DNA of 64,000 bases, taken from the NCBI GenBank assembly GCA_965233585.1, contig CBDDTI010000746.1, positions 224,001 through 288,000 of the forward strand, in the 5' to 3' direction. The DNA is from a bacterium. GTDB taxonomy: Bacteria; SAR324; NAC60-12. The notes beneath the pieces are model-generated. The model searched no databases and had not been told where the DNA came from. It worked only from the letters and a program-made list of their open reading frames with translations. This document shows, piece by piece, positions 61,522 through 64,000 of the stretch (positions are counted from its first letter, which is position 1; each line of letters begins with the position of its first letter). The position numbers and the translations under genes are program-made.

Positions 61522-63062
61522 TGTGCCACCACACTTTCTTTAATGCCTCCCATCAATGCACCAATCTTTTCATCGGTGACTTCACTGGGGGATAATTCGC
61601 CAGTGATTTGCCCGCTGGACATCACTGCAATTCGGTCGGCAACGGTCATAATGTCGTCTAATTCTGTGGAGATGTACAATATGGCTTTGCCATTGTCACG
61701 GGCATCTAAGATGGTTTGCTGTACTGCTTCTATCGCTCCCACATCCAACCCTTTGCAAGGTTGCATCACCACCAAAAGTTCTGGATTGCGTTCCACTTCT
61801 CGGGCAAAAATCAGTTTTTGCTGATTACCACCCGACAGAAACCGCACTTGTTGGTCAATACTCCGCATCCGCACATCGTATTTTTTAACCCATGCGGAAG
61901 CCCTCGTCCGAATGTTTTTAAAGTTTAATATTCCTTTGTTAGAAAATTTAGGAGTGTCAAAATCTCTGATAACGCTGTTTTGTGCGATGGTAAAGTCTAA
62001 TACCAAGCCTGTGTGATGGCGGTCTTCGGGTACGTAGGAAATTTTATGTCTATGGCATCGGTTGTACACGGATTCGTTGGTCATATCTGTATTGTGTAAC
62101 ACAATCTGCCCAGAATCCAATTTTAGCAATCCTACAATAGCACTTGCCAATTCCGCTTGCCCGTTACCATCTACGCCTGCAATCGCCAAGATTTCACCCG
62201 CACGGATTTCAATGCTCACATCTTTTAACGCCTGCACTCCCTGTGAGTTGTGTGCATTTAATCCCTTTGCTGTGAACACGATGGGATTTTTTGCAACGTT
62301 GGAAGGGGGTGCCGATTTTTTTAATTGTGTGTGGGAGACGTCTCGCCCCACCATTAAAGTTGCCAGTTCCTTGACATTCGTCTCTGCTACATTCAAATTG
62401 CTTCGTACTTTACCATGTTGCATAATGGTGACCGTATCGGCAATCGCCATGACTTCGTCCAACTTATGGGTGATGAATATCACTGTTTTTCCCGTTTCTT
62501 TTAGACGTCTCATGCCGTCCAAAAAACTATTAATTTCGTTCGGAGTGAGTACACTGGTTGGCTCGTCCAGAATGATAATGCTTGCATTGCGAATCAAGAC
62601 TTTCAGAATCTCAATGCGTTGGCGCATACCGATTGACAACTTCCATACATATTCGTATAGATTGACATCAAAATTGTATTCTTGGCACAGAGATTCTAAC
62701 TCCTGTGCAATTTTTTCCAATTTCAATGTGATGCCTTGATGGGGCAAACCTAACGCTACGTTTTCCAAAGTAGTCAATGAATCTACCAACATAAAGTGTT
62801 GATGAATCATGCCGATACCCATTTGCATTGCTTTTTGAGGGGAGGCAATTTTGACTTTCTTGCCGTGTAATTGAATGCCTCCCTCTTCGGGTTGATACAG
62901 TCCAAACAACACATTCATCAGCGTCGTCTTTCCCGCACCATTTTCCCCCAAGATAGCATGAATGGTGCCCGATTGAATTTCTATATCTACAGAATCCAGT
63001 GCATAGAATCCATCAAAGACTTTTGACACCCCCTTTAATGTAATTGCGGATTCTGACGCCAT
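61518..63062 (-). CDS. CUT2-type ABC ATP-binding protein (two NBDs; ORF opens at 63113)
   Basis: GENGAGKTT, HQHFML, GVDGNGQ, LSGGNQQK. Confidence 0.92.
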   Translation of the reverse strand: MASESAITLKGVSKVFDGFYALDSVDIEIQSGTIHAILGENGAGKTTLMNVLFGLYQPEEGGIQLHGKKVKIASPQKAMQMGIGMIHQHFMLVDSLTTLENVALGLPHQGITLKLEKIAQELESLCQEYNFDVNLYEYVWKLSIGMRQRIEILKVLIRNASIIILDEPTSVLTPNEINSFLDGMRRLKETGKTVIFITHKLDEVMAIADTVTIMQHGKVRSNLNVAETNVKELATLMVGRDVSHTQLKKSAPPSNVAKNPIVFTAKGLNAHNSQGVQALKDVSIEIRAGEILAIAGVDGNGQAELASAIVGLLKLDSGQIVLHNTDMTNESVYNRCHRHKISYVPEDRHHTGLVLDFTIAQNSVIRDFDTPKFSNKGILNFKNIRTRASAWVKKYDVRMRSIDQQVRFLSGGNQQKLIFAREVERNPELLVVMQPCKGLDVGAIEAVQQTILDARDNGKAILYISTELDDIMTVADRIAVMSSGQITGELSPSEVTDEKIGALMGGIKESVVAQ

Positions 63063-63075
63063 TTGATCAGAATAG

Positions 63076-64000
63076 TTATTGGATTTTAAGTTTACCCGAT
63101 TTGATATTGTCAAGGATGCGATTGACCTCAGATTCTACGCTACTAGGCACGCGGTCAGAATATGACCCGATACGTGTTGCCTCTGGTGTTTCAAACCCAA
63201 AGGTATAGACTTTGCCTTCCAGTGTACCTGCCTTCGCTTCAGCGATAATCACACCCAATGCACTACGCATGTCTAAGATAGCGGATTGAATCACTGTTTT
63301 GGGCCAGTCAACTTTTGCATCGTAATAGATTCCAATGCCCATGATGCCTTTTTCGCGCGCTGCTTGCAGGCTTCCTACGACGCCATTGTCCATAGATGGA
63401 AAGACCACATCAACGCCTTCGCTAATCATATTCAATGCAGCTTCTTTACCTTTTGCAACGTCGTCCCAATCGTTTGTCCATGCGGTGTAAACCGTCCCAT
63501 CTGGATTCGCCTCTTTGAATCCTTTTTCAAAGCCTTCGCCAAGCTGTACATAAAACTTCAATTTTTGGGCGCCAATGTATCCCCCTTTGCCTGTTTTAGA
63601 GGACTTACCAGAGATGTATCCCATGACATACCCCATGCTTGGAAAGTCAAAGCTCATGGTGGCAACATTTGTGTCGGCTTCTACGCCGTTAACAATCAAG
63701 AATTGTGTCTTTGGAAATCTGTTTGCTACACGGCTGATAGATTCTTGAAACTCTCCTCCGTGTCCAATGACCAAATCATAGCCACGACGGGCATAATCTG
63801 CCAATGCTTGTGGTTGGTCGGGTTGTGCAGTTTTTTCGGAGTAAGCAAATTCAATACTCAATTTTTCAGATGCCCGTTTGACTCCCTCGTAACCTGCTTG
63901 GTTAAAGGATTTATCTGTAATCACGCCCGGTAATACAATCGCCACTTTAAAATCACCAGCAAAAGCGAAGCTGGAAGCAGATACGACACCTGCCATAATC
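63076..64000 (-). CDS. BMP-family ABC substrate-binding protein (5' end outside window)
   Basis: DKSFNQ, GYDLVIGHG, WDDVAKGKEAA. Confidence 0.88.
   Translation of the reverse strand, partial: IMAGVVSASSFAFAGDFKVAIVLPGVITDKSFNQAGYEGVKRASEKLSIEFAYSEKTAQPDQPQALADYARRGYDLVIGHGGEFQESISRVANRFPKTQFLIVNGVEADTNVATMSFDFPSMGYVMGYISGKSSKTGKGGYIGAQKLKFYVQLGEGFEKGFKEANPDGTVYTAWTNDWDDVAKGKEAALNMISEGVDVVFPSMDNGVVGSLQAAREKGIMGIGIYYDAKVDWPKTVIQSAILDMRSALGVIIAEAKAGTLEGKVYTFGFETPEATRIGSYSDRVPSSVESEVNRILDNIKSGKLKIQ

Overview
Chromosomal window from an AT-rich Gram-negative bacterium (waaA present; groESL has a CIRCE operator). No rRNA, tRNA, CRISPR array or prophage was recognised. Left part: iron/heme ABC genes, two secreted ankyrin proteins, a Tat-signal azurin, and a field of palindromic REP-like repeats containing a complete IS1. 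It continues with a very large class I adenylate cyclase-like nucleotidyltransferase, an apparently catalytically dead XerC-like protein, a P1B-ATPase/HMA operon and two tandem Kelch lipoproteins. Middle: lon, groESL, an imelysin/di-heme/DUF1513 operon and housekeeping genes (queE, waaA, gltX, tsaC). Two dispersed DUF1640-like coiled-coil gene cassettes each start at a REP element. Right part: pntAB, glutathione-dependent formaldehyde detoxification (frmA, fghA) and a BMP-ABC/CE4 hydrolase/ureohydrolase operon. Best leads: the cyclase plus dead-recombinase pair, the REP-anchored variable coiled-coil cassettes (one bracketed by a 44-bp inverted repeat), REP doublets with insertions at one site, a 15-aa copy of the agmatinase N-terminus, a hidden ankyrin relic and apparent avoidance of TCGA. 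All calls come from reading motifs by eye; no database searches were run.
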